A stretch of DNA of 64,000 nucleotides, from the NCBI GenBank assembly GCA_031414035.1, contig JANOGE010000133.1, forward strand, positions 15,216 to 79,215. The letters are read 5' to 3'. The stretch comes from Chitinophagaceae bacterium. Its GTDB lineage: Bacteria > Bacteroidota > Bacteroidia > Chitinophagales > Chitinophagaceae. The notes beneath the pieces are model-generated. The model was not told the DNA's origin, did no database searches, and saw only the letters and a program-made list of their open reading frames with translations. The translations under genes and the position numbers were made by a program. Positions 46,745 through 56,553 of the stretch are shown here, piece by piece; the first letter of the stretch is position 1, and each line of letters starts with the position of its first letter.

Positions 46745-47092
46745 TTACTCCTTTTCTTCATTCCAGGCATTGTACAACAAATCAAAATAAATATTTTCCT
46801 CTTTTGATATTACTCCATCTGCTTTAATCAGGAATATGACAAATTGTAAAAAAGCTAATCGTTCTATATGGGTGGAATGGCTGTAAAAAATATCCATCTG
46901 CTGTTGAAAATGTTTTGGGAAATCCTCTTTTTTTAAACTGCTTAGGACCTGCATTTCCTTATCCAGATTTTCATTGGTACTGAATTCGTTTGTCAGCCAT
47001 TCTTTAATTACCAGGTCTTCCTCTACATTAAGTTTATCGTCAACAATAGTTAAAACCATTAATAAGTGATATCCTGCAATTGCTTTTTTCAT
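46745..47092 (-). CDS. Hypothetical protein (possibly TerB-like helical domain)
   Basis: 115-aa ORF. Helical acidic repeats (VDDKLNVEEDLVIKEWL ... KADGVISKEENIYFDLL) resemble TerB/DjlA-N-type domains. The assignment is weak. Confidence 0.4.
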   Translation of the reverse strand: MKKAIAGYHLLMVLTIVDDKLNVEEDLVIKEWLTNEFSTNENLDKEMQVLSSLKKEDFPKHFQQQMDIFYSHSTHIERLAFLQFVIFLIKADGVISKEENIYFDLLYNAWNEEKE

Positions 47093-47144
47093 GAGTTTTT
47101 TTATTTAGCAATATTATGTAATTCCTTTTAATGAACTTTACCGA

Positions 47145-47798
47145 ATGAATAAATTATCCCTCATTTACTGTTACGATGCTTACTGCGGCTGGTGCTACGG
47201 CTTCAGCCCGGTAATAAATAAAATTGCTGACGATTATAATGATAAACTCGAGATTGAAGTATTCAGCGGCGGCATGATGACCGGTGAGCAGGTATTGCCC
47301 ATTGAAAAGATCGGGCCATTTATTCAGCAAGAATACAAAAAAGTAGAAGAACTTGCCGGTGTAAAATATGGCGAAGATTATTTGTGGCATATCAATAACC
47401 CAGATAAGAGTGACTGGGTGATGAATTCTGAAAAACCGGCCATTGCCCTGTGTATCATAAAAGAATATTATCCCGAACGCCAGCTGGAGTTTGCAACCGA
47501 TCTGCAATACGCATTAAACTTTGAAGGCCGCGACCTGGATGATGATGAGGCCTACCGCCACCTGCTGGACAAATACAATTTACAACCTGACGCTTTTTAC
47601 AGTAATCTAAATACTGATGAATACAAAGAAATGGCTTACTACGAATTTGCTTTGATGAAACAGTTGCAGGTTAATGGCTTTCCCACCGTTTTTATTCAAA
47701 CCGGTGAAACAAAATTTGTAATGGTGGCCAGGGGCTATACGGACTATGAAGTGCTGAAAGAGCGTATTGAAAATGTGATTAAAGAAGCAGTCAAATAA
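47145..47798 (+). CDS. DsbA-family thioredoxin-fold protein
   Basis: 217 aa. The N-terminal YCYDAYCGWCYGF carries a CxxC motif, and GFPTVFI lies near the C-terminus. Confidence 0.7.
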   Translation: MNKLSLIYCYDAYCGWCYGFSPVINKIADDYNDKLEIEVFSGGMMTGEQVLPIEKIGPFIQQEYKKVEELAGVKYGEDYLWHINNPDKSDWVMNSEKPAIALCIIKEYYPERQLEFATDLQYALNFEGRDLDDDEAYRHLLDKYNLQPDAFYSNLNTDEYKEMAYYEFALMKQLQVNGFPTVFIQTGETKFVMVARGYTDYEVLKERIENVIKEAVK

Positions 47799-47870
47799 GC
47801 CTGTTGCCATTCATAAATTTTACTTGCATAAATAAATCTCAAATTGTATTTTGCAAAAAAATAATTAAAT

Positions 47871-48530
47871 ATGAAACACTTTACACTAACAATTTGTGCT
47901 GCATCCCTGTTGCTTTTTTCCTGTAATAATAATGGTGAAAAAAATGATGCGCCAAAAACAGATTCTTCAAAAACAACAGAACAACCCGTTTCAAAAGATG
48001 CAGCCCCTGCTGCTATGCCTGATTCAGCCACCATGATGAAAGCCTGGATGGATTTTGCAACTCCCGGTGCTATGCATAAATGGATGGAAAAAACAAACGG
48101 TACCTGGGAAGCCGAAGTAAGCAGTTGGATGTCTGCCGATAAACCTCTAATGAAGTCAAATGCAGTTAATGTACAGAGCTCAGTCATGGGCGGAAGGTAT
48201 GTTATTGGAAAATTTACCGGCACCATGATGGGTCAGCCATTTGAAGGCATGAGTACCATGGGTTATGATAACGCAAAGAAAATGTTTACCAGTACCTGGG
48301 TAGATAATATGGGAACCGGTATTGTACACTTGACCGGCACTTATGATGAAGCCACCAAAACGCTTAACTTGAAAGGCCATCAAACCGACCCAATGACCGG
48401 CAAAGACAGCGATATGAGGGAAGAAATGAAAATGATAGATGACAATACCTACAGTATGACCATGTACGGAGCAGGTATGGATGGAAAAGAAATGAAATTT
48501 ATGGAAGGCATTTTTAAGAAGAAGAAATAA
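47871..48530 (+). CDS. DUF1579-like lipoprotein
   Basis: 219 aa with lipobox LLLFSC. GTWEAEVSSW...GGRYVIGKFTGTMMGQPFEGMSTMGYDNAKKMFTSTWVDNMGTG is typical of DUF1579. Confidence 0.6.
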   Translation: MKHFTLTICAASLLLFSCNNNGEKNDAPKTDSSKTTEQPVSKDAAPAAMPDSATMMKAWMDFATPGAMHKWMEKTNGTWEAEVSSWMSADKPLMKSNAVNVQSSVMGGRYVIGKFTGTMMGQPFEGMSTMGYDNAKKMFTSTWVDNMGTGIVHLTGTYDEATKTLNLKGHQTDPMTGKDSDMREEMKMIDDNTYSMTMYGAGMDGKEMKFMEGIFKKKK

Positions 48531-48546
48531 ATACCCCGATTACAGG

Positions 48547-48572
48547 AAACCCCGGAACAATAACCGGGGTTT
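48547..48572. terminator. Rho-independent terminator hairpin between convergent genes
   Basis: AAACCCCGG-aacaataa-CCGGGGTTT is followed by TTTATTTT. Confidence 0.75.
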
Positions 48573-48591
48573 TTATTTTAAATATAATGCT

Positions 48592-49467
48592 TTACTCTTT
48601 CTTCGTTTTTTCCATCGGTAATGCCGGTATACGGCTCCACTCCTGCATGCTTCCGTCATACAATTTCATATTATATCCCAGTGAACGGCCAATAAGATAA
48701 TCCACACTGGCGGTTTGCCCTATAAAACAATACACCACTACTTCTTTTTGTTTATCCGGTACTACAGTGGAAAAATTCTTTTCCAGTACCCCAACAGATT
48801 TTAAAGTATTGGTGCTGTCAATCATATCCGGGTAAGGAATATTTTTTGCCCCGGTAATATGGCCATCCCTGGGGTTACCGGTTGGGTCGCCGTCATACCA
48901 GCGTTTGGCCCTGGCGTCAACCACTTCCGCTGATTTATCCTGCAATGATTTTAGTACATAGTCTTTACCAACCAGTAAACCATTATCAACGGCAACAAAA
49001 TTTCCTTTTTTTATCTCAGCCGGCTTACCGTTTACCGGATACCCAGCTTTTTTCCAGGCTTCAATGCCGCCATTTAAAAAAGACACTTTCCCCTGCAATC
49101 CGAAATGCTCCAATGCTAAAAACATTCTTGCCGCTATGGTTACATCAGCCCCTTTATGACAAATAACAATTGTTGAATTTTTATTGATTCCTAAATCCTG
49201 CAGCACTTTAGTGGCCTTATCCGCACCCGCCGAAACCATATTGGCTTCGGGTGTATTAAAGGCCAGCCACTCAGGCCACAAAAAACGGGAGCCTTCAATA
49301 TGCTCACGGTCGTAATCGGCTTTTACTATAAATCCGGTGTATAATATTACCAGGCTGGGGTCATTTAAATTTTTATTCAGCCACTGCGGAGATACAATGA
49401 CGGGTTGCTGTGCTTTTGCAAATACAAATACAAACAACAGGGCTGCAACAAACATTATCTTTTTCAT
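48592..49467 (-). CDS. Rhodanese-domain sulfurtransferase (tandem rhodanese)
   Basis: The ORF runs to 49515, with a likely start at ATG 49467 (MKKIMFVAALLFVFVFAKAQ). There are two rhodanese-like halves. The active-site loop is VVYCFIGQTAS, and YDGSMQEW lies at the C-terminus. Confidence 0.75.
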   Translation of the reverse strand: MKKIMFVAALLFVFVFAKAQQPVIVSPQWLNKNLNDPSLVILYTGFIVKADYDREHIEGSRFLWPEWLAFNTPEANMVSAGADKATKVLQDLGINKNSTIVICHKGADVTIAARMFLALEHFGLQGKVSFLNGGIEAWKKAGYPVNGKPAEIKKGNFVAVDNGLLVGKDYVLKSLQDKSAEVVDARAKRWYDGDPTGNPRDGHITGAKNIPYPDMIDSTNTLKSVGVLEKNFSTVVPDKQKEVVVYCFIGQTASVDYLIGRSLGYNMKLYDGSMQEWSRIPALPMEKTKKE

Positions 49468-49615
49468 AAATTTAAAATTGTAATAGAAAATTACGAAAAC
49501 GTTACCCATTATCAATTTTCATTTTACAGGAGGTAAAATAAGCCTGTGACAGGTTGATTACTGTTGCAGCCCTTCATAACCAATTGACTGCATTAGCAAT
49601 TTTCACGCATGGCAT

Positions 49616-50086
49616 CTATTTTTTCTTCCGGGAATCTTTAAATGCGGTTTCATACTTTTCGATCCAGTCATCTACCGTAATTTTTGACACCAGTTCACCA
49701 AGCAGTTTGTATGGAATATCATCCGCATTTTTATAGCGGATACAGCTTTTGCCCATGTCCGGTTTTTTAGGGGATGCTTTGATATGGGCATCAGTAAACC
49801 ACTTCATCAATTTAGGGTCGGCATAAATGCCCATGTGATAAAAGTTGATGCTGTTCTTCTGCGAAGCAATTCCCATAAATGGTAAGGGAAGTTTGGGGTC
49901 GCAATGATAACCAGCCGGGTATTTGCTGTGTGGTACCACATAACCAATATTCCCGTAACTCATTTCTTCTTTAAACCCTTTAGGCAGGTTTTTTAATATC
50001 TCTTTACGCAATTTGGTCATGCCTTCCAGTCTGTCGGCGGGCAACTCTTTTAAATACTGTTCAATAGTTGCTGCTTTTGATTGCAT
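49616..50086 (-). CDS. DUF1801 (YdhG-like) domain protein
   Basis: 156 aa. TIEQYLKELPADRLEGMTKLRKEI ... INFYHMG pattern is present. Confidence 0.65.
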   Translation of the reverse strand: MQSKAATIEQYLKELPADRLEGMTKLRKEILKNLPKGFKEEMSYGNIGYVVPHSKYPAGYHCDPKLPLPFMGIASQKNSINFYHMGIYADPKLMKWFTDAHIKASPKKPDMGKSCIRYKNADDIPYKLLGELVSKITVDDWIEKYETAFKDSRKKK

Positions 50087-50097
50087 AGTTTATGATT

Positions 50098-50523
50098 TTA
50101 CTTTTTACAAGTAGAATAAGCTCCTGATACAAAAATAAATATAAGTGCAGTACAGATAATTGGCAGAAGAAAAGTAAATATGGACATGGCAATAAAAACT
50201 GTGCCAAAAATTACCATTTCAATAAGCAGTACACCCTTCCAAATATCTGCGGTAAGGGTTTTCTTTTTTAAATACCAGTTAAGCATTGCGCCAAATAAAC
50301 AGATTAATGTAAAACAAAGGCTTAAACCGGTAAATAAATCGGTAAAGCTAGGGTGAAAGCCCATGCCGGCATCAGGTTTATAGGAACTCATCAGATCAAA
50401 CAGTTGTTTTTCTGTTTCATTGGCAGGTTTGGGCTTCATAAAAAAGCTGAGCGAATGAAATGCAGCAGTTAATAACTGGATTACAATCGTTCCCCATATC
50501 CAGAAAGAAAATTTTATTAACAT
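50098..50523 (-). CDS. Hypothetical integral membrane protein
   Basis: 141 aa with four hydrophobic helices. No recognisable family. Confidence 0.5.
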   Translation of the reverse strand: MLIKFSFWIWGTIVIQLLTAAFHSLSFFMKPKPANETEKQLFDLMSSYKPDAGMGFHPSFTDLFTGLSLCFTLICLFGAMLNWYLKKKTLTADIWKGVLLIEMVIFGTVFIAMSIFTFLLPIICTALIFIFVSGAYSTCKK

Positions 50524-50552
50524 GACAGGTTGTTTTGGTATAGAAAGTTAAA

Positions 50553-51077
50553 CTAAAAATCAAGTATCCGGAAAAACTGCAGCCATGGCCCCATTTCTCC
50601 TTTATATTGTTTGGCCATGACTCTGGTTATTTGTGCAATATGTGTAAGGTCGTGCACTACCCATGTAGCTAATAAATGCCGCAATGTTACATCACCCAAA
50701 ACAGGGTGCATTCCTTTTTTATCCAGGTCGGCTTCGGTTAAATTCAATGATCTGAACCAAACCATGTTTTCTTTACGTATTGCTGTAAATTCGTCAAGCA
50801 ATTGTTGTAAGGTTTTGCCCTTGCTTTCTTCGTATTGTGCAAACCGGTCGTACCTTTCAAAAGTTTGGGTATTACCAAATTCCAAAATCATTTTTGTTCT
50901 TACCACCCAATCGGTTTTTTCACCGTGCACTAAATGGCCAATTACATCATAAGGCGAAAATGTTTCGGGGCCTTCGTTGGGCAATATCCAGTCATCACTT
51001 AATCCTGCAAGCAACGATTGCATAACAGCCGGTGTTCTTTCCAGAATTTCGTATGATCTTTCTAAGCTGTATTTCAT
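50553..51077 (-). CDS. DinB family protein
   Basis: The ORF runs to 51131. ATG 51077 lies 1 nt after the upstream stop. The histidines in VIGHLVHGEKTDW ... VVHDLTHIAQI form a DinB-type metal triad pattern. Confidence 0.7.
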   Translation of the reverse strand: MKYSLERSYEILERTPAVMQSLLAGLSDDWILPNEGPETFSPYDVIGHLVHGEKTDWVVRTKMILEFGNTQTFERYDRFAQYEESKGKTLQQLLDEFTAIRKENMVWFRSLNLTEADLDKKGMHPVLGDVTLRHLLATWVVHDLTHIAQITRVMAKQYKGEMGPWLQFFRILDF

Positions 51078-51078
51078 G

Positions 51079-51549
51079 TTATTGACGTTTGTAATAAAAA
51101 TTCTGTCTTTTGCCTGTTTCTGTTCCATCATCTACATATGCATGTAATGAATCGGCTGTTATCAGTTTGTATACAATCCGCTTGGGGAAATCGTGCTGAG
51201 GATTTTCAAAAACAAACATATTGTTTTCGGTCTTTGTCATTATAAACGCAATAGGTTCTTTATTATTCTGGTCTTCAACCGTGGATGTATAAAAAATACC
51301 GGCTTTGGTATTGGTAAGGGCCACCCTTTCATTAATGACGGTATCTTTCCCTTTTATCATATAGCCTTTATTCTGCAGATAATTTTTATCAACTTTTTTC
51401 CATTCTTCACAAATAGCGCCACGTTTGGTATTCATTTTCCATAAGCCTTCCAATACATATAATTTTTTAAATGTTTTTTTGCCATCGTCAGCAATAATAA
51501 AAGCAGATAAACTTAAAGTAGTTACAATTGCAATAATGGTTTTTGTCAT
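51079..51549 (-). CDS. Secreted hypothetical protein (DUF6265-like)
   Basis: 156 aa with a signal peptide. FENPQHDFPKRIVYKL resembles DUF6265 proteins (assigned from memory). The start overlaps the upstream stop in ATGA. Confidence 0.45.
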   Translation of the reverse strand: MTKTIIAIVTTLSLSAFIIADDGKKTFKKLYVLEGLWKMNTKRGAICEEWKKVDKNYLQNKGYMIKGKDTVINERVALTNTKAGIFYTSTVEDQNNKEPIAFIMTKTENNMFVFENPQHDFPKRIVYKLITADSLHAYVDDGTETGKRQNFYYKRQ

Positions 51550-51890
51550 TTCGTTTTCTTTTTAGATGCTTTGGCAATTTTATTATACTCCAGTGCCAGC
51601 TTCACCCAATACTCCAGTTTCTTTTTTGTGTTCAGGGCCTGTATGTCAACAAAAACATATCCCTTCATTATTTTTCCGGTAAAGTCCATCGGCTTACAGC
51701 CTTCTTTTTCCATCACTTCTTCAAATAAATCAGGGTTAAGCCTTACCATCAGCCTTTCCTTTTCAACGCCAACACACATTTTATCATTTACCATAAAGCA
51801 TAAGCCGCCAAACATTTTCTTTTCTTCCACCTTTTTATGGGTGATTGCAATGATCTCCCTTGTTTTGCCGGCTAATTTTTCGTTGTACAT
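51546..51890 (-). CDS. TfoX/Sxy N-terminal domain family protein
   Basis: The ORF runs to 51914, with a likely start at ATG 51890. KKMFGGLCFMVNDKMCVGV is the TfoX_N signature. Confidence 0.7.
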   Translation of the reverse strand: MYNEKLAGKTREIIAITHKKVEEKKMFGGLCFMVNDKMCVGVEKERLMVRLNPDLFEEVMEKEGCKPMDFTGKIMKGYVFVDIQALNTKKKLEYWVKLALEYNKIAKASKKKTK

Positions 51891-51895
51891 AAAAT

Positions 51896-52396
51896 TTAAG
51901 AATTTATTACACATTGTATTTTTTCATTTTTATTCCGCAGATCTATCCCTCCTTCCAGTAAGGACTTAAGATTCGCCAGGTAAAAGGTCCATCCGGTTTT
52001 ACAGCCAAGATGCCAGTAATGCATTCCCTGTTCATCAGTGGGAATATTATCCTGTAACAGCTCAACAATATTTTCTCCCTCTTCATTTTTTAGAGTTACC
52101 GAGCAATTACCCGCCTTTCCAAAACTGAATTTTAAAAGGTCTTTTCCATTACAGTCCAATATATTTCCATACTCCGTTGTTTCATCACTCCAGCCATACC
52201 ATCTCCAGGTATAGGTATCTCCGTTTTGTACGGGTTCATTATTACCCCTCAAACTTCCATCCGGTTTTTTGTATTCACTGAGGCGTAAAAACCAATATTC
52301 CATTCCTTCCCGGGTTGCCCAGCACCAGTATAATTTTTCGATGGAAGCGTTTACACTGATCCTTGTAACAAAACGGCTCCAGTCATAATTACTCAT
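51896..52396 (-). CDS. SRPBCC superfamily protein (AHSA1/START-like)
   Basis: 166 aa. SIEKLYWCWATREGMEYWF ... GWTFYLANLKSLLEGG is typical of Aha1-like SRPBCC proteins. Confidence 0.6.
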   Translation of the reverse strand: MSNYDWSRFVTRISVNASIEKLYWCWATREGMEYWFLRLSEYKKPDGSLRGNNEPVQNGDTYTWRWYGWSDETTEYGNILDCNGKDLLKFSFGKAGNCSVTLKNEEGENIVELLQDNIPTDEQGMHYWHLGCKTGWTFYLANLKSLLEGGIDLRNKNEKIQCVINS

Positions 52397-52424
52397 AATA
52401 TTTCGTTTTGACTTTTAAAATTTA

Positions 52425-52931
52425 TTAATTCTTTTCCATAGGAAAAGCCTTACTAAAATTTTCTTCATTGGCATCTTTGCCGGTATCAGCATCTACCAAT
52501 ATCTTCCAGGTACCATTTTCTTTTTCCAAAACCACAAAGAATCTCCCATAATAAGATCGGGGTTCTTTTCCTTCCTGCATTACTGTTCCTTTATAATATC
52601 CGCTTTCCCAGGCTTTTGTTCCGTTGCTGATCCTCTTATCAAAACGCAATTCAAATAAACGGTTCACATTTTTTTTGCCCGGCTTTGCATTCGCATCAGT
52701 AGCAGGAAAATATTTGTTATAATCAAGCAGTCTGTTCCCGTCAATTTCTACCCGGGTTATTTTTTTACTGTGCACACTGCTGAACCCTTCATTGTTGCCT
52801 GATATAAAATGGGTGACGAAAGGTTTCCATACCCGTTCGTTGATTTCCTTTACCCATTTCAAACTGTCTGATTGAGCATTGGCAGATATAAAATAGAAAA
52901 ATGTTACAAACAATGACAGCAATTTTTTCAT
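52425..52931 (-). CDS. NTF2-like (SnoaL/DUF4440-type) secreted protein
   Basis: The ORF runs to 53009, with a likely start at ATG 52931 (MKKLLSLFVTFFYFISANAQ). The C-terminal RFFVVLEKENGTWKILVD is typical of the NTF2-like fold. Confidence 0.55.
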   Translation of the reverse strand: MKKLLSLFVTFFYFISANAQSDSLKWVKEINERVWKPFVTHFISGNNEGFSSVHSKKITRVEIDGNRLLDYNKYFPATDANAKPGKKNVNRLFELRFDKRISNGTKAWESGYYKGTVMQEGKEPRSYYGRFFVVLEKENGTWKILVDADTGKDANEENFSKAFPMEKN

Positions 52932-52941
52932 TGTAAAATAT

Positions 52942-53325
52942 TTATTGTGGTACGCTGTGCAAGGCAACCCGGTTTCCTTCGGTATCCATAAAAACTGCCA
53001 TAAAACCATATTCAGGACTTATCTCGGTTTTAGGCACCATTATGCTGCCCCCTGCTTCAACTACCTTATCCAATACGTTCTGTACATCGGGATTTGCATT
53101 CAGGTAAATCAACGGACCGTCGGTTGCAGATGACTTATGAAAGCCACCGCTGTCAACCAAAGCGCCGCCAACCTGTGTCATCATATCATCAAGCGGAAAC
53201 ATCCGCATTTTAATATTGGGCATATCCATGGGTATCATGGCAATACTAAAAATGGTTTCGTAAAATTTTTGAGCCCGGTTAATATCGGTTGTTGGTATCT
53301 CAAACCAACTGATTGCGTTTTGCAT
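52942..53325 (-). CDS. VOC family (glyoxalase/bleomycin-resistance fold) protein
   Basis: 127 aa. ISWFEIPTTDINRAQKFYETIF ... GFMAVFMDTEGNRVALHS is present. Confidence 0.75.
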   Translation of the reverse strand: MQNAISWFEIPTTDINRAQKFYETIFSIAMIPMDMPNIKMRMFPLDDMMTQVGGALVDSGGFHKSSATDGPLIYLNANPDVQNVLDKVVEAGGSIMVPKTEISPEYGFMAVFMDTEGNRVALHSVPQ

Positions 53326-53330
53326 ATTGT

Positions 53331-53789
53331 TTAGTTTTTATGTTTTTCTTTCATGTATTTCCATGAAACGGTTGCCAATTCCTTCAACACCTTAATGTCT
53401 ATATCAGCCAGCTTACTGATATAAAGGCAGCTTCCCCCGCTGATTTTATATTTCCCTAATTTTTTCATTAACCCGTCATATTTTGAAAAACCTGTCATAA
53501 AATATACTGTCAGGTTTTGTTTACGTGGTGAAAAGCCAGTCATAAACCATTCGCCGCTACGTCCGGTTTTGGGTGAAGTGAAAATATATTTCCCAAAACC
53601 AACTATGCTGCCGCCCCACATCATGGGTTCGGATCGGGTAACGGCCTTCATCATTTTTAACAAAGCAAGACTGTCTTCTCTTTTTTGTTCATCGGGTTGC
53701 GATGATAAAAATGAAATGACATTGGTGTCATTTTCCTTTGTTTTCAATTCTACGAGTTTCTTTTTACTACTGGTTGATGTCTTTGCCAT
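53331..53789 (-). CDS. DUF1801 (YdhG-like) domain protein
   Basis: 152 aa. VISFLSSQPDEQKREDSLALLKMM ... WGGSIVGFGKY is present. This is the second DUF1801-type gene in the array. Confidence 0.65.
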   Translation of the reverse strand: MAKTSTSSKKKLVELKTKENDTNVISFLSSQPDEQKREDSLALLKMMKAVTRSEPMMWGGSIVGFGKYIFTSPKTGRSGEWFMTGFSPRKQNLTVYFMTGFSKYDGLMKKLGKYKISGGSCLYISKLADIDIKVLKELATVSWKYMKEKHKN

Positions 53790-53805
53790 AAAATGCTGTA
53801 ATAAT

Positions 53806-54762
53806 TTATTTTATTTCTTTCCAGGAAGTTCCATCCCATTCCCAGGTATCATTTGCATCATTAGGCCATCCTAACCGTCCTCCAAACATCAATACTTTTT
53901 TTCTTTCCTTATCATAAGCAAGATACCCCATTGCTCGTTTTACTGGGCCTTCCTTTGCCAGTTGTTTCCACTCTTTGCCATCAAAGCCCCATGTATCATT
54001 TACAAACCCCGCCTTTGTCATTCCACCAAACAAAATAAATGATCCTTTGCCGGAATCATACGCATAACCCGCCGATACACGGGGGCCCGGGCCTTCATCC
54101 GAAATCATCTTCCAATTAGTTCCATCAAACTCCCAGGTGTCCGAATACATAGCTCCAGGGCCTCCGGATCCACCATATAGAATTGTTTTATTTCTTTTTT
54201 CATCATACACCATGGCAAACGCCTGTCTTGCTTCCGGTCCTGCTCCTTCAAATTTTTTCCATTTATTACCATCCCACTCCCAGGTTTCCCCATTTGCTTT
54301 TCCCTGTCCCGCACTTCCACCAAACACTATCAGCCTGTCACGATGCGAATCATAAACAAAACCTGGTTCTGCTGCAACCATTCCCGGATTTTCTGGTATT
54401 GTTTTCCAGTCATTATTTTCCAGTACCCTGAATTCTGAACGGGAACGGCCATCACTAGTGTAGCCGCCAAATGAAAATATTTTTTTTCTTTTAGTATCAT
54501 ATGAAAGCCCAAAACCGCTGCGTTCATCTCCTGCATTTCCTTTATTCTTCCAGCTAATTCCGTCAAAACTCCAGATGTCATTAAAAAATTTAAATGAATT
54601 GCCACCGTCTAACGGAGTGCTTCCGCCTGTAAGCAATACGGTTTTACTCATTTCATCATACACTAAGGAATGATGGGCCCTTTTTCCCGGTATTGTATTC
54701 TCCTGTGATTGAACTTTTATTCCTGAGAATAAAATCAAGATTAATAAAAATTTATTTTTCAT
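53806..54762 (-). CDS. Kelch-repeat beta-propeller protein (secreted)
   Basis: 318 aa with a signal peptide. It has six repeats of the pattern ...FGG....ND(T)W.(F/W)DG..W. Confidence 0.8.
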   Translation of the reverse strand: MKNKFLLILILFSGIKVQSQENTIPGKRAHHSLVYDEMSKTVLLTGGSTPLDGGNSFKFFNDIWSFDGISWKNKGNAGDERSGFGLSYDTKRKKIFSFGGYTSDGRSRSEFRVLENNDWKTIPENPGMVAAEPGFVYDSHRDRLIVFGGSAGQGKANGETWEWDGNKWKKFEGAGPEARQAFAMVYDEKRNKTILYGGSGGPGAMYSDTWEFDGTNWKMISDEGPGPRVSAGYAYDSGKGSFILFGGMTKAGFVNDTWGFDGKEWKQLAKEGPVKRAMGYLAYDKERKKVLMFGGRLGWPNDANDTWEWDGTSWKEIK

Positions 54763-54792
54763 GACAAAATAATTTCAATAAATCACTAATTG

Positions 54793-55899
54793 TTAGTTAA
54801 TATCTTTTCCTTCCATTAGTTTTATAATATTTGCATTAATGGCGGCTTTTTGAGGTTCAGTTGCCTGGGCAAGTGCTTTATTCGAATGTTCCAGCGCTTT
54901 GGCATAATCGGCCTTGGCAGAATAAACAAAAGCCATTGCATTATTTACTGCATACACATCCCCGAATTTTGTTTTGGCAGCATTCAGAATGTCCAATGAT
55001 TTATCCTGGCGCTTTTGCGTATTCAATGCACGTGCATAGCCTGCATATTGATTTACAGTTGCCATCGTCAACGCTTCGTTCATTACTGAATCTGCTTGTG
55101 GCAGCCGGTTCAGTTTTTCATAGCCAACCGCAAGATTTCTCATGCTTGGATAACTTTTCTGGCCATTAAACCCGGTAATAGCTTTATGCGCCCAAGTTAG
55201 CGCTTCTTCCAGTTTAATATTTTTGTTGAAACACCATTGTGATGCCTGGATCATATTGGTGCTGTTGAATTGCTTCATGCTCGTAACCTGTTCCTTCAAT
55301 CTTGCCAGCACAATATTATCCACATCCACCTCTATTTTAAACGGCACAGAAAGTTTTTCCCACTGCATGGCTATAACACAATGTTTTTCTTTATGCTCAA
55401 TAAACTCATACTTCAGCCATTCTACACTTTTATCAAGTGCCGCCGGTTTCACTTTTACCCGCAGGGCATCATGTTTTTCTTCGTATGAAAAACTTCCCCA
55501 TGCTTCGGACTGGTTGGAAAATATCATCATTACATTATCTGCAGCCAGCACCATGTGTAACCCGTATGTTCCGGCTTTTAAAGGCTGACCTTCCACCATC
55601 ACATCATGTTCAAAACTGATAGTCGTGTTTTCATTGGCCCCGGCACGCCAGGGAGCCGTGTTTTTGTTTGTTATAAAACTGTTGGTGGTAAACCCATAAG
55701 GGACCACATTACCATTGCCATAAATTTTACCTTCCCGTTTATTTACATCGGGCCGGCTGTATTTGATGGTTATGGATGTTATTCCAACTTCTTCAGAGAT
55801 GGTTGCCCGCGGGTTTCCCCCGCTGGGCGGCACATCCATTTGGGCAAAGCCGTTCGTAATAATAAAAAACAAAGCAGTAAATAATAGTAATTTTTTCAT
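54793..55899 (-). CDS. DUF2911 domain protein with C-terminal TPR-like region
   Basis: 368 aa. NPRATISEEVGITSITIKYSRP...PWRAGANENTTISF...LKAGTYGL is the DUF2911 signature. The C-terminus is helical. Confidence 0.7.
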   Translation of the reverse strand: MKKLLLFTALFFIITNGFAQMDVPPSGGNPRATISEEVGITSITIKYSRPDVNKREGKIYGNGNVVPYGFTTNSFITNKNTAPWRAGANENTTISFEHDVMVEGQPLKAGTYGLHMVLAADNVMMIFSNQSEAWGSFSYEEKHDALRVKVKPAALDKSVEWLKYEFIEHKEKHCVIAMQWEKLSVPFKIEVDVDNIVLARLKEQVTSMKQFNSTNMIQASQWCFNKNIKLEEALTWAHKAITGFNGQKSYPSMRNLAVGYEKLNRLPQADSVMNEALTMATVNQYAGYARALNTQKRQDKSLDILNAAKTKFGDVYAVNNAMAFVYSAKADYAKALEHSNKALAQATEPQKAAINANIIKLMEGKDIN

Positions 55900-55958
55900 T
55901 TAGTTATTAGTATTGATTATAAAATTTAAAGTGTAAACCGAGTTTATTTAAAATGCAA

Positions 55959-56483
55959 TTATTTCCTGCGCCTGTATTCCAGGTCATACTCAGTACTCCA
56001 GGTTACCCCGTTATCTTTACTGATCTCACCAAACTGCCTGAGTTTAACTGTACTTAAATTGGTAAAGGTCATTTTCCGTATGGCCATTGTGTCTTTACTG
56101 AATTTGAACGGAGAGGAGGTATAAATGATCTGGTTGTTTTCGAATTTTCCCTGCATGTATTCATTGGTTCCCCCAACATTATCCACCCAGGTTTGCTGCC
56201 ATTGTTTAGTAGCAGCATTAAAGGTATTAAAACTTTTACCTGCATAGCGAAGTCCCTGTTGCAGCGAAGCGCTTGTCCATTCCTCGAAAATAATGCAGCT
56301 ATCCAGTATTAAACTGATCTTGCTGTCACCGGCCTTCTTTCCATTGGGGCCAAAGGCTTCCCATTCACCGATCCAAAAATCAAATTGCCTGTATTCGGGC
56401 CTGCTGCAGGGAAGTTTCCCTTTTTGGGCATTTGCAGCCGAGAGTAAACTGCTGAAAATGAGCAGTGCGATTAGTTTATGCAT
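55959..56483 (-). CDS. Secreted hypothetical protein
   Basis: The ORF is open to 56681, but the upstream part is an out-of-frame read through the VOC pseudogene. ATG 56483 gives the signal peptide MHKLIALLIFSSLLSAANAQ. Confidence 0.6.
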   Translation of the reverse strand: MHKLIALLIFSSLLSAANAQKGKLPCSRPEYRQFDFWIGEWEAFGPNGKKAGDSKISLILDSCIIFEEWTSASLQQGLRYAGKSFNTFNAATKQWQQTWVDNVGGTNEYMQGKFENNQIIYTSSPFKFSKDTMAIRKMTFTNLSTVKLRQFGEISKDNGVTWSTEYDLEYRRRK

Positions 56484-56553
56484 GTTAGTTTTAGTTTCGG
56501 ACATTAATTTTAGCCCGTGCGCTTCTTTGCTTATCCTTTTATTTTTCCGTTTG

